Source of the DNA: Octopus sinensis
Lineage: Eukaryota
DNA length: 64,000 bases
Direction: 5' to 3'
NCBI RefSeq assembly: GCF_006345805.1
Contig: NC_043002.1
Span: 5,456,001 to 5,520,000 of the forward strand
Part shown: in pieces, positions 63,529-64,000 of the stretch
Position numbering within the stretch: the first letter of the stretch is position 1
Layout of the letters: each line of letters opens with the position of its first letter
Program-made: the position numbers and the translations under genes
The notes under the pieces: model-generated
Told to the model about the DNA's origin: nothing
What the model saw: only the letters and a program-made list of their open reading frames with translations
Databases searched by the model: none

Positions 63529-63695
63529 TATAATAAATACAATTGTATGTGTATATATATATGCTCATGTATGTATACATGTTTACATAAACATATGTAC
63601 ACACACAAATATTATATATTATATATATATATTATATATATAATATATATATATTATATATATATATGTATATATATATAATATACATATATATG

Positions 63696-63738
<43 letters not shown>

Positions 63739-64000
63739 AACTTAATCGTGGCCTGACTGGCATCTCCATGTTTCCTGAAATTTATATCCACAACTTTATC
63801 GGTATATTTACACTCTCTAAGATGTTACTAATTGATTTGAGAACTTACATTATTGGAAAACCTATATGAAATTAGCTGAAGATTACTTGACATATTATAT
63901 TGCTGTAATATTTGCAGCTTTAATAAATTGTTATAGTATGAAACAATTGTACTAAATTACCGGATCCATTCTTGTTGCTTATTTTTTGGTTATATGTATG

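Overview
AT-rich, repeat-dense eukaryotic genomic DNA. The SINE families and microsatellite load resemble an octopus (coleoid cephalopod) genome; this is recognition, not a search result. Almost all ORFs in the supplied track are spurious translations of microsatellites and SINEs. By reading splice signals on the minus strand I reconstructed 10 phase-compatible GT-AG exons (58591 down to 1050, 1118 nt, about 372 aa). They encode two complete and one partial C-type lectin-like domains (CTLDs) of a tandem-CTLD, mannose-receptor-like gene that extends beyond both window ends. The introns hold at least four SINE families, Helitrons (one retaining a Pif1 helicase fragment), decayed piggyBac, mariner, Tc1-like and R4/Dong fragments, LTR-like pieces and MITEs. 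The most notable signal is a set of short, non-coding elements from several sequence-unrelated families that carry minimal type I hammerhead ribozyme (HHR) motifs with palindromic stem III. Most sit in or next to microsatellites and inside foldback structures. Examples are a structurally intact HHR with a compensatory U3-A8 pair in the host gene's sense strand (25975-26017), and a 444-bp head-to-head palindrome of a tRNA-headed, HHR-tailed SINE-like element (48103-48546).
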